Positions 9,001 to 16,674 of a stretch of 64,000 nt of DNA are shown here, piece after piece. The notes under the pieces are model-generated. The model worked only from the letters and a program-made list of their open reading frames with translations, was not told the origin of the DNA and did not search any database. Every line of letters begins with the position of its first letter. Positions within the stretch are counted from its first letter, which is position 1. The DNA is from Oscillospiraceae bacterium. GTDB taxonomy: Bacteria > Bacillota > Clostridia > Oscillospirales > CAG-272. Location: contig SVQL01000001.1 in assembly GCA_015065365.1 (NCBI GenBank), positions 2,355-66,354 on the forward strand, given 5' to 3'. A program made the translations under genes and the position numbers.

Positions 9001-10433
9001 TCAATATCATTAACCAATCCCTTGTATATCAGTATATCCGAAATCTCATTCCAGGAAACGCCGCTTACTTTTCTAGCATAAACTCTGCAACTCAATTCAT
9101 CATTAAAAGATATGCCGCTATAGGTTTCTACCTCTACGTACGTGCCTTCGGCATTCTTAACGTAAAGAGTCATCGTTCCGGTAACGGTTCCGTCTTCAGG
9201 GTCAGTTCCGGTATCAGGGTCAATCTCAACGGCAAATGAATTCATCTCGTCATAACCGTTCGCTGCCTTATCTATCCAGTTGACCGTTCCCGTAGTGTTT
9301 TTGGTATTCCAACTGTACAAATAGGTAAGGCCATCGCTGGCGACAAGAACCGTTTTACTGTTATCCACCTGGATGCCTACTCCGGTTTTTCCGTCTTCGA
9401 ATCTCGCGTCAAAGGTGACCGTGTACGTTTCTCCGTTCGCGAGAGAAAAGCGTTCCGCAGATACAAGTCCGCCCCACATAGCACGACCATTTTTGGCACC
9501 AAAAACAGATTTAGACGTGTTATGTATCTCCTGCTTTAGCGATCTTCCGCTTGCGGAAACGTATACATAGGAATTCCAGTTGTTGTGGTCAGCATAATCG
9601 TCGCTCCAGGACGTATCGTTGAAGTTGATAGCCTTAAGCAGTTCTCCGTTCTCTGCCTCTGCGTACAGCTCAGAAGGAGTCATTTCAACAGCGTCGGGAG
9701 TAACGACCGTTCCGTTTACGGTAACCTCACCGATATCGATGCAGCCGTCCTTGCTGGGTGCGGTTACGGCGATAGCGAAATACTTTGCCGTGACACCCTG
9801 ACCTTCACCGTCACGAAGATCTATCTTATGACCAACTCTGAGGAAGCCGTCAACGGTCTTGGAAGCGTATGCGTCGTCACCCTCAGCGGGGAAGTTCGCG
9901 CCCGCGTTCGTTCCGTCTCCGCACATTTCGCTGAACTCCTTCAAAGCAGTCCAGGTCTCGCCGTCCGTGCTCACGAGGATTTCATATCCGTCGTTTATAC
10001 CCCAGCTTGAAGCAGGATTGCTCCATCTTGCAGCCTGATCGGCAGTATATCCGTTTCCGGCAATCCAAATAGTTACGTCGTCAAGCTCACTCGTGCCGTT
10101 AAGCTCGAATACGGCGTATCCGTAGTACAAGCACATTTCCGAATCTACGAAAAGACGCGTATTTGCAGCGGATATCGCATCCGACTCGTAGTACGGACGA
10201 GCGCTCCTTCCGTCGGCACTCTCATCGTAAGGGTCTCCGTCAATCATTCCCGCAACGGAGCCGTACGAAACGTGCAAATCCCAGTCGTCGTCGTATTTTG
10301 CAAACATCTTCACGTGCTTAATGCTCGCGGGAGTAATTTCAGCATCCTCCGCACTTGCGGGCAAAACTATGATTGGCATTGCCATCATCAAGACCAATAC
10401 CAAGCATAAAAGCTTCTTTGCAATCTTTTTCAT
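6066..10433 (-). CDS. Secreted 1455-aa multidomain protein: F5/8-type-C-like domain, 3 lectin-like repeats, beta-sandwich domain, C-terminal EEP phosphoesterase
   Basis: Start at MKKIAKKLLCLVLVLMMAMPIIVLPASA, with AGGAG 6 nt upstream (ORF-track start 10508 rejected). YEILVSTDGETWTAL is a discoidin-like motif. Three repeats each end xIYKGL. GASVRLSVPTGIRF marks the beta-sandwich domain. EEP motifs: VLSYNLE, VGIQED, VNTHLHYG, TGDMNAD, FDHVIY, PSDHLPV. Confidence 0.85.
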   Translation of the reverse strand: MKKIAKKLLCLVLVLMMAMPIIVLPASAEDAEITPASIKHVKMFAKYDDDWDLHVSYGSVAGMIDGDPYDESADGRSARPYYESDAISAANTRLFVDSEMCLYYGYAVFELNGTSELDDVTIWIAGNGYTADQAARWSNPASSWGINDGYEILVSTDGETWTALKEFSEMCGDGTNAGANFPAEGDDAYASKTVDGFLRVGHKIDLRDGEGQGVTAKYFAIAVTAPSKDGCIDIGEVTVNGTVVTPDAVEMTPSELYAEAENGELLKAINFNDTSWSDDYADHNNWNSYVYVSASGRSLKQEIHNTSKSVFGAKNGRAMWGGLVSAERFSLANGETYTVTFDARFEDGKTGVGIQVDNSKTVLVASDGLTYLYSWNTKNTTGTVNWIDKAANGYDEMNSFAVEIDPDTGTDPEDGTVTGTMTLYVKNAEGTYVEVETYSGISFNDELSCRVYARKVSGVSWNEISDILIYKGLVNDIETGTVDRAAEYDNAEVGDLLNTVDFNSLEWLGYFATDSNRGADVVVSKDGSSARLAVLGSSSKRAMWGGLKSAYPLMEVVGTAEDPDDPSATIDVYGNYRKYTVIFDADFGSTTGGKTLVGIQVDGSYTITVDGNGNTKLWDWNTELSSSDAEKYPTEQWDYDGLWSPKEGTQKFAVEVDPENGVMSLYIVDLDGTFNEVARYEELSFGTELSCRIYTRSYTTGSDVWTYVSNVQIYKGLPISVKEDRAAEYANANEGDLLHTVNFADRFNWHQGFYDSNNNGAEAVISEDGSSARITLIDGKAYNRAIWGGLDSGYPLREVLNPDEVEAGAAPVYKNNNYTLVFDLEFGNTAYNKYGLGIQVDGNQTLVIDGFGCNSLWEWNTQKVEKSDEGEDKWNYSTDVAKAEKHTFAVEVDPEYNTLTLYVMDADGSFNKVRAMTYEGSALKDTLKCRIYTRKLSGTSDADSWTEVSDVKIYKGLKFGKVLNVSGASVRLSVPTGIRFKSEFSKPVIDSLRETYGEDNVKLGMIITPTDYLTNNGVDFEMAALDACGAITGAKYVRIDATTIHEDEDPASYTINCALVNVKAGNYNREFSARAFIEVNGEIYKYADFDLESNSRSIDEVARAAYGDVSTESNEKYNNSVVIAGTTVYSPYDADELKTLTGFFTPADGENEEKQSYINVLSYNLEYKGDDVWEGRNPANAVQTILDANPDVVGIQEDTEDWNDYLAVLKNNGYANLAGNRQYNKYTNKFGNGWAFNDIYYKTEKFTLVSSGWDSFKNLADDYTIEGYEGTDMSIDVQGDAEGWFSDEDIGRTFSYAVLKDKTTGEVILFVNTHLHYGDGTSSSDSECDDDHLLREYQSRLLAAWLAEKAAQYPTQILTGDMNADVSSAKGKVVLNGYSDSGLSFARDEALIAGDTGGTLDGTDYTVRNKYVFDHVIYRNAEALEYTVINNKVDEVDGVMRYPSDHLPVYAKFVY

Positions 10434-10531
10434 GTTTTTCTCCTTTTTTGTTTTGTTTTTATTTTTAATAGCGTATATTTTTACGCCAATTAAATTAAAT
10501 ATAATCACTTAATATCGTTATTACCAAATAT

Positions 10532-11170
10532 TTACTCGTCTACGGTAATAGTACAGTACAACGCATAGTGGTCTGAAAGATCTGTTCCCGCAAGCGTAAA
10601 ATCGGTTACGGTAACACCCTTATATACGATATTATCGAGAGAGGAACCACTCTCGTACGTTGGCATTTTATCATCAGTGTTTCCGAGAGTGTAGCCCGCG
10701 TCGGTAAAGAGTTCAAACTCAGAGAATGAGTTAATGTTCCAGTCACCGAGAAGAACAACGTGCTCATATTGCTCACAATACTCAATAAGCTCTTTTAACT
10801 GATTGTTTATAATGTTCTTCGAGCCAAATGCCAGATGCGTGCTGACAAGCTTAACCGTCGTGCCGTTTATCACAAGGTCGGTGGTAACAAAATAATAATC
10901 GGCACCCTCAGGGGAATATTTTCCGAGCTTACCCAAATCCTTATTACACTCAAACTCGTGAACTTCAGGCTCGGATATCTCTATTCTGGAATATACCGCG
11001 TTACAGCTGTAATTGCGCTGAGGTCCCTCGTAAACGGTATCGTATCCCTTAAAAATTGTATCCTTTGCAAGATAGTTATTCTTTGTGAACTTTTTGCTGT
11101 ACTCGTTCAAGAACATAATATCTGCATCAATGGCATTATTGATATAGTCGCTGAAATCGGCGTTCTTCAT
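10532..11170 (-). CDS. EEP catalytic core lacking its first strand (downstream half of a split EEP lipoprotein gene)
   Basis: Motifs DADIMFLNEY, VSTHLAFG, LGDWNI, LDNIVY and LSDHYAL. The ATG overlaps the upstream TGA (ATGA at 11167-11170). The N-terminal WN strand is encoded by the preceding ORF in another frame. Confidence 0.6.
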   Translation of the reverse strand: MKNADFSDYINNAIDADIMFLNEYSKKFTKNNYLAKDTIFKGYDTVYEGPQRNYSCNAVYSRIEISEPEVHEFECNKDLGKLGKYSPEGADYYFVTTDLVINGTTVKLVSTHLAFGSKNIINNQLKELIEYCEQYEHVVLLGDWNINSFSEFELFTDAGYTLGNTDDKMPTYESGSSLDNIVYKGVTVTDFTLAGTDLSDHYALYCTITVDE

Positions 11171-12219
11171 TGCAAACTGAGTGTCCTGATCGTGGAATAA
11201 TCCTTATGCCCGATCGAAAAGTGACCGATGTTCCACGTAGCTATCCTTACGGAATTGGGATTTTCAGGTCCGTACGACGCCTTGGTAAACTTGATTTCAG
11301 AGGGAAGATACGTTGTTGCGGAATTATTGTTGTAAACATAGAGGTATCTTGCATTATCGGGAATTCTTACGGTAATACTATCCTCGTTTACACTTACCAC
11401 GTTAGTATATCCCGCGGCATAGCAGGGAGTAAGATCATAGCAAAGCTCGTCACCCATAAATGCATAGGTAATAGCCTTACCATTCGCATTTTTCTTCATG
11501 GTAACAGTATTGAAAGTAGTACCCTCAAGCTCGATTATCGCGCCTTTCATCGACGATGATTTGGCGTAAACGTTTGAGCTTGTAACGTAACCGTCAAGAA
11601 CCTCTATTTGTTCAAGCGGGTATACGCACTCCGCAGCGCTTTCGTTTATGAGCGGATTGACATAGCCGTCAATGAAGGTTACGGACTTAGGAATATGAAT
11701 ATCCTTTTTGCTGCTATAGTAAACATAGAGATACTTTGCGTCATCGGGGATCTTTAGCGTTGCTTTTGTGGAAATATCCCATACGCAATGGGTATATCCG
11801 GTTGCATACTTGGGAGTCGTATTCAGGGCAAGCTCACCCGCAAGAAACGTATAGCCAAGCGAAAATCCGCTGTCGTTTTTCTCAAGCTGAACGTGAGAAT
11901 AGTCGATCCCGTCAAGGTCGATCACGGCACCGTAATAGCCGTCTGCCTTTTTGTACTTATTTTCCTTATCGGCAATCGTGCCCGGAAGCTTAACAATATC
12001 CTCAACAGAATAAGAAAACGTTCTGATATAATCCATCTCGGATTCATCCTTATCGTCTTTAGGAGCGGTATCTGAACTGTTGGTATCCGTGTCACCGCTT
12101 CCGCTTTCACCTATGTTAGGTGTAGGGGTTTCGTTTTCCGTGTTTCTACATGAGCTTAGACAGGCAAGTGTCGAAATCAAAATAACAGCCACTAAAATTT
12201 TTGCAATAAGGTTTTTCAT
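11167..12219 (-). CDS. Lipoprotein with two ~120-aa internal repeats, ending in the first EEP strand (VRIATWNIGHFS)
   Basis: Lipobox ISTLACLSSC. Internal duplication (…IPDDAKYLYVYYSS… and …IPDNARYLYVYNNN…). The C-terminus IATWNIGHF is the EEP N-terminal Mg-binding strand, and the rest of the domain is in 10532..11170. Confidence 0.6.
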   Translation of the reverse strand: MKNLIAKILVAVILISTLACLSSCRNTENETPTPNIGESGSGDTDTNSSDTAPKDDKDESEMDYIRTFSYSVEDIVKLPGTIADKENKYKKADGYYGAVIDLDGIDYSHVQLEKNDSGFSLGYTFLAGELALNTTPKYATGYTHCVWDISTKATLKIPDDAKYLYVYYSSKKDIHIPKSVTFIDGYVNPLINESAAECVYPLEQIEVLDGYVTSSNVYAKSSSMKGAIIELEGTTFNTVTMKKNANGKAITYAFMGDELCYDLTPCYAAGYTNVVSVNEDSITVRIPDNARYLYVYNNNSATTYLPSEIKFTKASYGPENPNSVRIATWNIGHFSIGHKDYSTIRTLSLQ

Positions 12220-12342
12220 AATCTCTCCTTCGAACTTTAAGTATACGGATTATAGATATAAAGTCTAAGCTTCCGTCAAAAGTAAAAACATATTTGAAGG
12301 ATTTATCAAAGACGGAGTGCACTATGTCCGCTATTATAATTC

Positions 12343-12371
12343 ATTATACCATGGTTCGGTTTTGCTTTCAA
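12343..12371 (-). promoter_or_regulatory. Candidate sigma-A promoter of the locus-A operon (TTGAAA-17-TATAAT, TG-extended -10)
   Basis: On the minus strand, TTGAAA is at 12371-12366, followed by a 17-nt spacer and TGGTATAAT with -10 at 12348-12343. About 120 nt upstream of ATG 12219. Confidence 0.5.
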
Positions 12372-12465
12372 TAAACGCAGGTTAAATGTAGGCAACAAAA
12401 AGTGATATTTGCCATAGAAATTATTTCCTTCTATTTGTTTATATTCACCATTTTATACTATGCTA

Positions 12466-12494
12466 TTGACAAATAGCGAATAGGGTTGTATAAT
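12466..12494 (+). promoter_or_regulatory. Candidate sigma-A promoter of the AraC-type regulator (TTGACA-17-TATAAT)
   Basis: Perfect consensus hexamers with a 17-nt spacer, 67 nt before ATG 12561. Same arrangement as 38553..38581. Confidence 0.6.
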
Positions 12495-12560
12495 TAACTA
12501 CGGTAATATAGTACAATTTACCAAAAAAACACATTTTTAGAAAAGCGGGGATAATGCAAA

Positions 12561-13514
12561 ATGAAGTTTACTCATTGCGATTATAAGTATAAAAGCGCAT
12601 CCACAAACGCCACTAAGGGCAATATACATTCCCGAAAGATGCGAGTCGCAAGCAGCCGCGCCGACTTAAAGCAGGATACCGAATACTACGCATCCTGGAT
12701 ATGCATTTACGCAACGGACAAGGATATAACCGAGTTTAATCTCGGAATTGACTATTCTTATCCCAATCAAACGATAAGAGACAGATGCGAGGGCAGACTT
12801 TTCCTTAATTTTATCGTAAAGGGTAAAGGAACTATTAACGGCGAGCCGTTTTCCGCGGGGCAATTCTTTTATACACGTCCTCTGCAAAAGCATACTATAC
12901 AGTCCGATCCCGACGATCCTTACGTCTCCGTTTGGATATACGTCCAGGGTGAGTACGCCAATTACGTAGAAAACGAATTGATTAAAAAAAGCAACAGTAC
13001 GACTATGACGTTAAACAATTATACCGACGTATTGGAGCTTACGAAAACCTTTCTTTTTACAATCAATCTCGCCGAAACGTCAACCTCTTATCTCAAGCAC
13101 CTGATAAATATCTACCTTTCTTATATATCTCCCAATAACGAGCTGGATTATCCCGAGATATTTGCTACTCAAAAAATAACGCGCCTCGTTTACGCCGCAA
13201 AAACGTATATCAGCAAAAACCTAAAAACAGTTACCGTTGCCGATCTCGCGGCTAATCAGCGCTATAACGTAAAATATTTTTCAAGGCTCTTCGCCTCTGC
13301 CACGGGCATGAAGCCCGCCGAGTATATAACCGACTGCAGAATTGAATGGGCGAAAAACTCGCTTGAGCACTCCGATCTCTCCGTCTCGGAAATATCCGAA
13401 GCAATCGGCTACGAGCACAGAAACGGCTTTGCCACCGCTTTCAAAAAAAAATACGGCTGCTCCCCTACTGAATACAGAAGAAAAACTAAAGGAAGCAACA
13501 AGGTTAGCGAATAA
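12561..13514 (+). CDS. AraC/XylS-family transcriptional regulator (cupin-like sensor + HTH)
   Basis: C-terminal HTH region YFSRLFASATGMKPAEYITDCRIEWAKNSLEHSDLSVSEISEAIGYEHRNGFATAFKKKYGCSPTEYRR. Divergent from the operon. Paralogue at 38648..39592. Confidence 0.85.
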   Translation: MKFTHCDYKYKSASTNATKGNIHSRKMRVASSRADLKQDTEYYASWICIYATDKDITEFNLGIDYSYPNQTIRDRCEGRLFLNFIVKGKGTINGEPFSAGQFFYTRPLQKHTIQSDPDDPYVSVWIYVQGEYANYVENELIKKSNSTTMTLNNYTDVLELTKTFLFTINLAETSTSYLKHLINIYLSYISPNNELDYPEIFATQKITRLVYAAKTYISKNLKTVTVADLAANQRYNVKYFSRLFASATGMKPAEYITDCRIEWAKNSLEHSDLSVSEISEAIGYEHRNGFATAFKKKYGCSPTEYRRKTKGSNKVSE

Positions 13515-13579
13515 CTCTACCTTGACTTATACCACCTCGCACAAGCAATGTACATTGGTTTTAAAAAAGCCGAAAGCAC

Positions 13580-13608
13580 TTGAAAATCGTTGCGCTCTGT
13601 GATATAAT
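13580..13608 (+). promoter_or_regulatory. Candidate promoter TTGAAA-17-TATAAT for the leaderless EEP gene
   Basis: Hexamers read directly at 13580-13585 and 13603-13608. AGGAGGAG RBS precedes ATG 13650. Confidence 0.45.
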
Positions 13609-13649
13609 TAATGTCGTTGTCATATACACCGTCAGGAGGAGCTTATAAA

Positions 13650-14459
13650 ATGAAAAACCAGTCGACAGCTACCAAAATCGATTGCTTAAAGATAATGTCC
13701 TACAATGTCTTGCTTGACTTTTACAAGGAAGGACGCGATCCCAGCTTTATCGTGGAGCTTCCCGCAAGCATCAGAGAGCAGGCGCCCGATATCCTCGGCA
13801 CGCAAGAGACCGTCACCGATATGCACGACCAATGCTTAAGCCTCTTAGAAGGATACTCCTGCTTCAAGGGCGAGGCATATACGGAAAACAACGGCCGCGG
13901 CAACTACGTTTACTGGCGAGCAGATAAATTCAATGTGCTTGAAGCAGGACATCGCTATATGAGCGATACTCCGACCGTGCGCTCAAAGTATGAAAAATCA
14001 AGAGAGTACCGCGGTTTTAACTACCTGTTTTTAGAAAGCTGCGAAACGGGAAACCGTTTTCTGTTTCTCAATCTCCACGCGGATTACCGTGCCGACGAGG
14101 ACACCCGAGTTCTTCAGCTTAAGACCGTAAACGCCTTTTTGAATGAAGAAAGATGGCAGGGGCTCCCGGCAATTATCGTGGGAGATTTCAACTCTACTGC
14201 GCATCAGGCAAGTATTTCCACCTTCTTGGCTGACAACCCGCGCCTTGCCATAACCTCCGAGGTTGCCGAGGTAACGGGCGACACCGGCGCTACTCTCGTA
14301 GGCGGATTTACAAGTAAGATCCCCTACGTGTTCGATTATATTTTCGTCACCAAGGACAAGATCAACACAAAGTATTATTCCGACATCGATAATATAAAGA
14401 ACGGTAAATATCCCTCCGATCATCTTCCCATAGTCGCGGAAATAGAATTATTCAACTGA
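13650..14459 (+). CDS. EEP family protein without signal peptide
   Basis: Start chosen at MKNQSTATK after the AGGAGG RBS. Motifs IMSYNVL, LGTQET, LNLHADY, VGDFNST, FDYIFVT and PSDHLPIV. Confidence 0.8.
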   Translation: MKNQSTATKIDCLKIMSYNVLLDFYKEGRDPSFIVELPASIREQAPDILGTQETVTDMHDQCLSLLEGYSCFKGEAYTENNGRGNYVYWRADKFNVLEAGHRYMSDTPTVRSKYEKSREYRGFNYLFLESCETGNRFLFLNLHADYRADEDTRVLQLKTVNAFLNEERWQGLPAIIVGDFNSTAHQASISTFLADNPRLAITSEVAEVTGDTGATLVGGFTSKIPYVFDYIFVTKDKINTKYYSDIDNIKNGKYPSDHLPIVAEIELFN

Positions 14460-14473
14460 TCAAATGATAAAAC

Positions 14474-14512
14474 AAAAATCCATCGGGGCGCTATGCGCCC
14501 GATGGATTTTTT
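14474..14512. terminator. Bidirectional rho-independent terminator between convergent genes
   Basis: AAAAATCCATCGGGGCGC tat GCGCCCGATGGATTTTT. GC-rich stem with one bulge, flanked by A-run and T-run. Confidence 0.7.
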
Positions 14513-14545
14513 CTTATTGGGTTTTGGAAATAATACCGCAAGTTA

Positions 14546-15025
14546 TTACCTTTGTGTCTTGCGAGAATTGTTTTTCAATCCGAAAATGAACCTCATTATA
14601 ACGGATACTACAACCGTTCCGCAGACTATTCCCAAGGCTATATAGCAGGTGCTCTTAAATGAAGCCGCGAAATTTTCAAAATCACGCAGCAGCAAATATC
14701 TCACGCTGTAATACAGAGCGCTTCCCGGAACGATAGGTACGACACCCGGGAGAGTAAATATTACGGTCGGTGTTTTTAATATTCTTGCCAATATTTCCGC
14801 CATCACCGCAACAAACATTGTGGCGACCGTAGCCGCTAAAAATTCCGACCAATTAAAAAATATGGCTACCATATATATAGCATAATTAAAAAATCCGCAA
14901 ATGGAAATGTATATCAAATATTTGCCTTTGAGCTTGAATATTATTGCAAAGCCAAGAGTTCCGAAAAAGGCAGCTATCAGCGCAGGCAATAAGTCAAACA
15001 GATATAACATCAGCTCCTTCATCAT
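14546..15025 (-). CDS. Threonine/serine exporter family protein (ThrE C-terminal-type, DUF3815-like)
   Basis: Small polytopic membrane protein. ATGA overlap with the upstream ThrE-family gene, the usual two-gene arrangement. Confidence 0.65.
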   Translation of the reverse strand: MMKELMLYLFDLLPALIAAFFGTLGFAIIFKLKGKYLIYISICGFFNYAIYMVAIFFNWSEFLAATVATMFVAVMAEILARILKTPTVIFTLPGVVPIVPGSALYYSVRYLLLRDFENFAASFKSTCYIALGIVCGTVVVSVIMRFIFGLKNNSRKTQR

Positions 15026-15831
15026 AGCAATACCCCCGCAGTAAATATTGCAAGTCCGAAAGCAACAGCTATAAGAACTGCTTTGATAAGCGATTGCACC
15101 AATCTTGATACACCCGCCAAAATATCACCGTACACAAGATCCGACAGCGAGTTGCCAAAGGCAATTCCCGGTATCAATAGCATTATCGTTCCGATCATTA
15201 TTATATTTTGATCGTGCCCAATACCAAAATTAACGAAAACGCAAGTTAAAAGTCCGCATATAAAAGACGTTACTACGCATTTAACCGTAGAGTCCAGATT
15301 TTTTACGGGCAGGTTATCAATAAAAATAACTATCATGCCCATGAGTGCCGCAACCAACGCATCCAAGATACTTCCGCCAAACAGTATAGCAAAGCTGCCT
15401 GCCACAAGCACTCCGCCCAGATATTGCAAAATCCAATGACTTTGCGTTTCTTTTTTGGCGTTTAATATCATTTTTTCAAACTCGTCGAGCGACGGTAGAT
15501 TTTTACAAACGGTTCTTGAAATATCGTTTAATTTTTCCACCCTCATCAGATTATTCGACGAATTATACACACGTCGCATTTGCAAAGACATATCCCCATT
15601 GGAGAGTCTTACTGATGCAACTATGAGAGAGGTTATTGCGAAAACCTCAACGTGAGCAACACCGTAAGCCAAGCATATTCTGCGAATACATTCCTCAACT
15701 CTATGTATTTCCGCGCCACTCTTCAGCATTCCTTCTCCCATATCCAATGAAAGACGCAAAAGCCTGTCTGAATCTATATGATTTAATTCATCAGTCGATT
15801 CCAAGTTATCATTCATAGCTGTTCTCTCCAA
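15022..15831 (-). CDS. Threonine/serine exporter family protein (ThrE / DUF1212-type)
   Basis: N-terminal soluble region LRLSLDMGEGMLKSGAEIHRVEECIRRI followed by TM helices, typical of the family. Confidence 0.7.
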   Translation of the reverse strand: MERTAMNDNLESTDELNHIDSDRLLRLSLDMGEGMLKSGAEIHRVEECIRRICLAYGVAHVEVFAITSLIVASVRLSNGDMSLQMRRVYNSSNNLMRVEKLNDISRTVCKNLPSLDEFEKMILNAKKETQSHWILQYLGGVLVAGSFAILFGGSILDALVAALMGMIVIFIDNLPVKNLDSTVKCVVTSFICGLLTCVFVNFGIGHDQNIIMIGTIMLLIPGIAFGNSLSDLVYGDILAGVSRLVQSLIKAVLIAVAFGLAIFTAGVLL

Positions 15832-16004
15832 AAACGTTTAGAAATCCGTTGAATTTTTCTCAAAAAACCGCTTTTCATTTTAAAAAGCCTTCTATTACCA
15901 CATTAGACATTGACGGGAATAAAATTCTTCGCCAATGTCTAATGCAACGTTGATATCAAATCCCTTACAGTGATGCGATATCTATATTTTTTTTGCAGTT
16001 TATT

Positions 16005-16625
16005 TTATCTCATCTGCTGGAGATCGAAGTGGATATCGTATTCCTTCTCCTCTTCGGTGAATCTGCGGCGGGTGTTGATAACCTCTCCGCCGTTGATCTT
16101 TCTGTCCTCAACGTCCTCGGTGGTTCCCATAACGGTTACGTTTACCTGACGGCGACGAGCGATAACGTGGTCCCAGTCGATGAAGTAGATATGTGCGAAC
16201 AGACCGAGGTCAAGCTTACCGTCCTTGATGGTAAGAGTCTCGCTTCTGCCGAAGAATACGGAACGGAGGTGTCCGTCGGTATTCATGCTGGAGTAGTCAC
16301 CGGGCTCATTTACGTATCTGCCGTACTGAGCGTGGATAGGACCGGGATGACGGTACTGATGCTCCTCAGCAAAGTCGGGGATCATCTTTCTCATAATGTC
16401 GAGAAGATCGTGCTGTAAGTATTCGAGGTCGAAGCTGTCGATATCGTGTGAGCACTCCTGAACCATAACGGAGCAGGTGGTGTGGTGAGATACGATAGCA
16501 ACAGTTCCGTTCTTAACGCCGGATGCCTCAACTATGTCGAGTATCTCCTTTCTGATGTCGTGGAAGGTGGGGATCCAGCCTCTGGACTGGAGCTCGATTT
16601 CCTTTTGTACTACTTTGAATTCCAT
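16005..16625 (-). CDS. YjbQ/UPF0047 family protein (secondary thiamine-phosphate synthase-like) with C-terminal extension
   Basis: SHHTTCSVMVQE...NTDGHLRSVFFGRSETLTIKDGKLDLGLFAHIYFIDWDH matches the YjbQ family pattern. Confidence 0.65.
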   Translation of the reverse strand: MEFKVVQKEIELQSRGWIPTFHDIRKEILDIVEASGVKNGTVAIVSHHTTCSVMVQECSHDIDSFDLEYLQHDLLDIMRKMIPDFAEEHQYRHPGPIHAQYGRYVNEPGDYSSMNTDGHLRSVFFGRSETLTIKDGKLDLGLFAHIYFIDWDHVIARRRQVNVTVMGTTEDVEDRKINGGEVINTRRRFTEEEKEYDIHFDLQQMR

Positions 16626-16674
16626 AATAAAATTCTCCTTTTTTATAAAATAATTTTTATTTTTTATTAAAATT

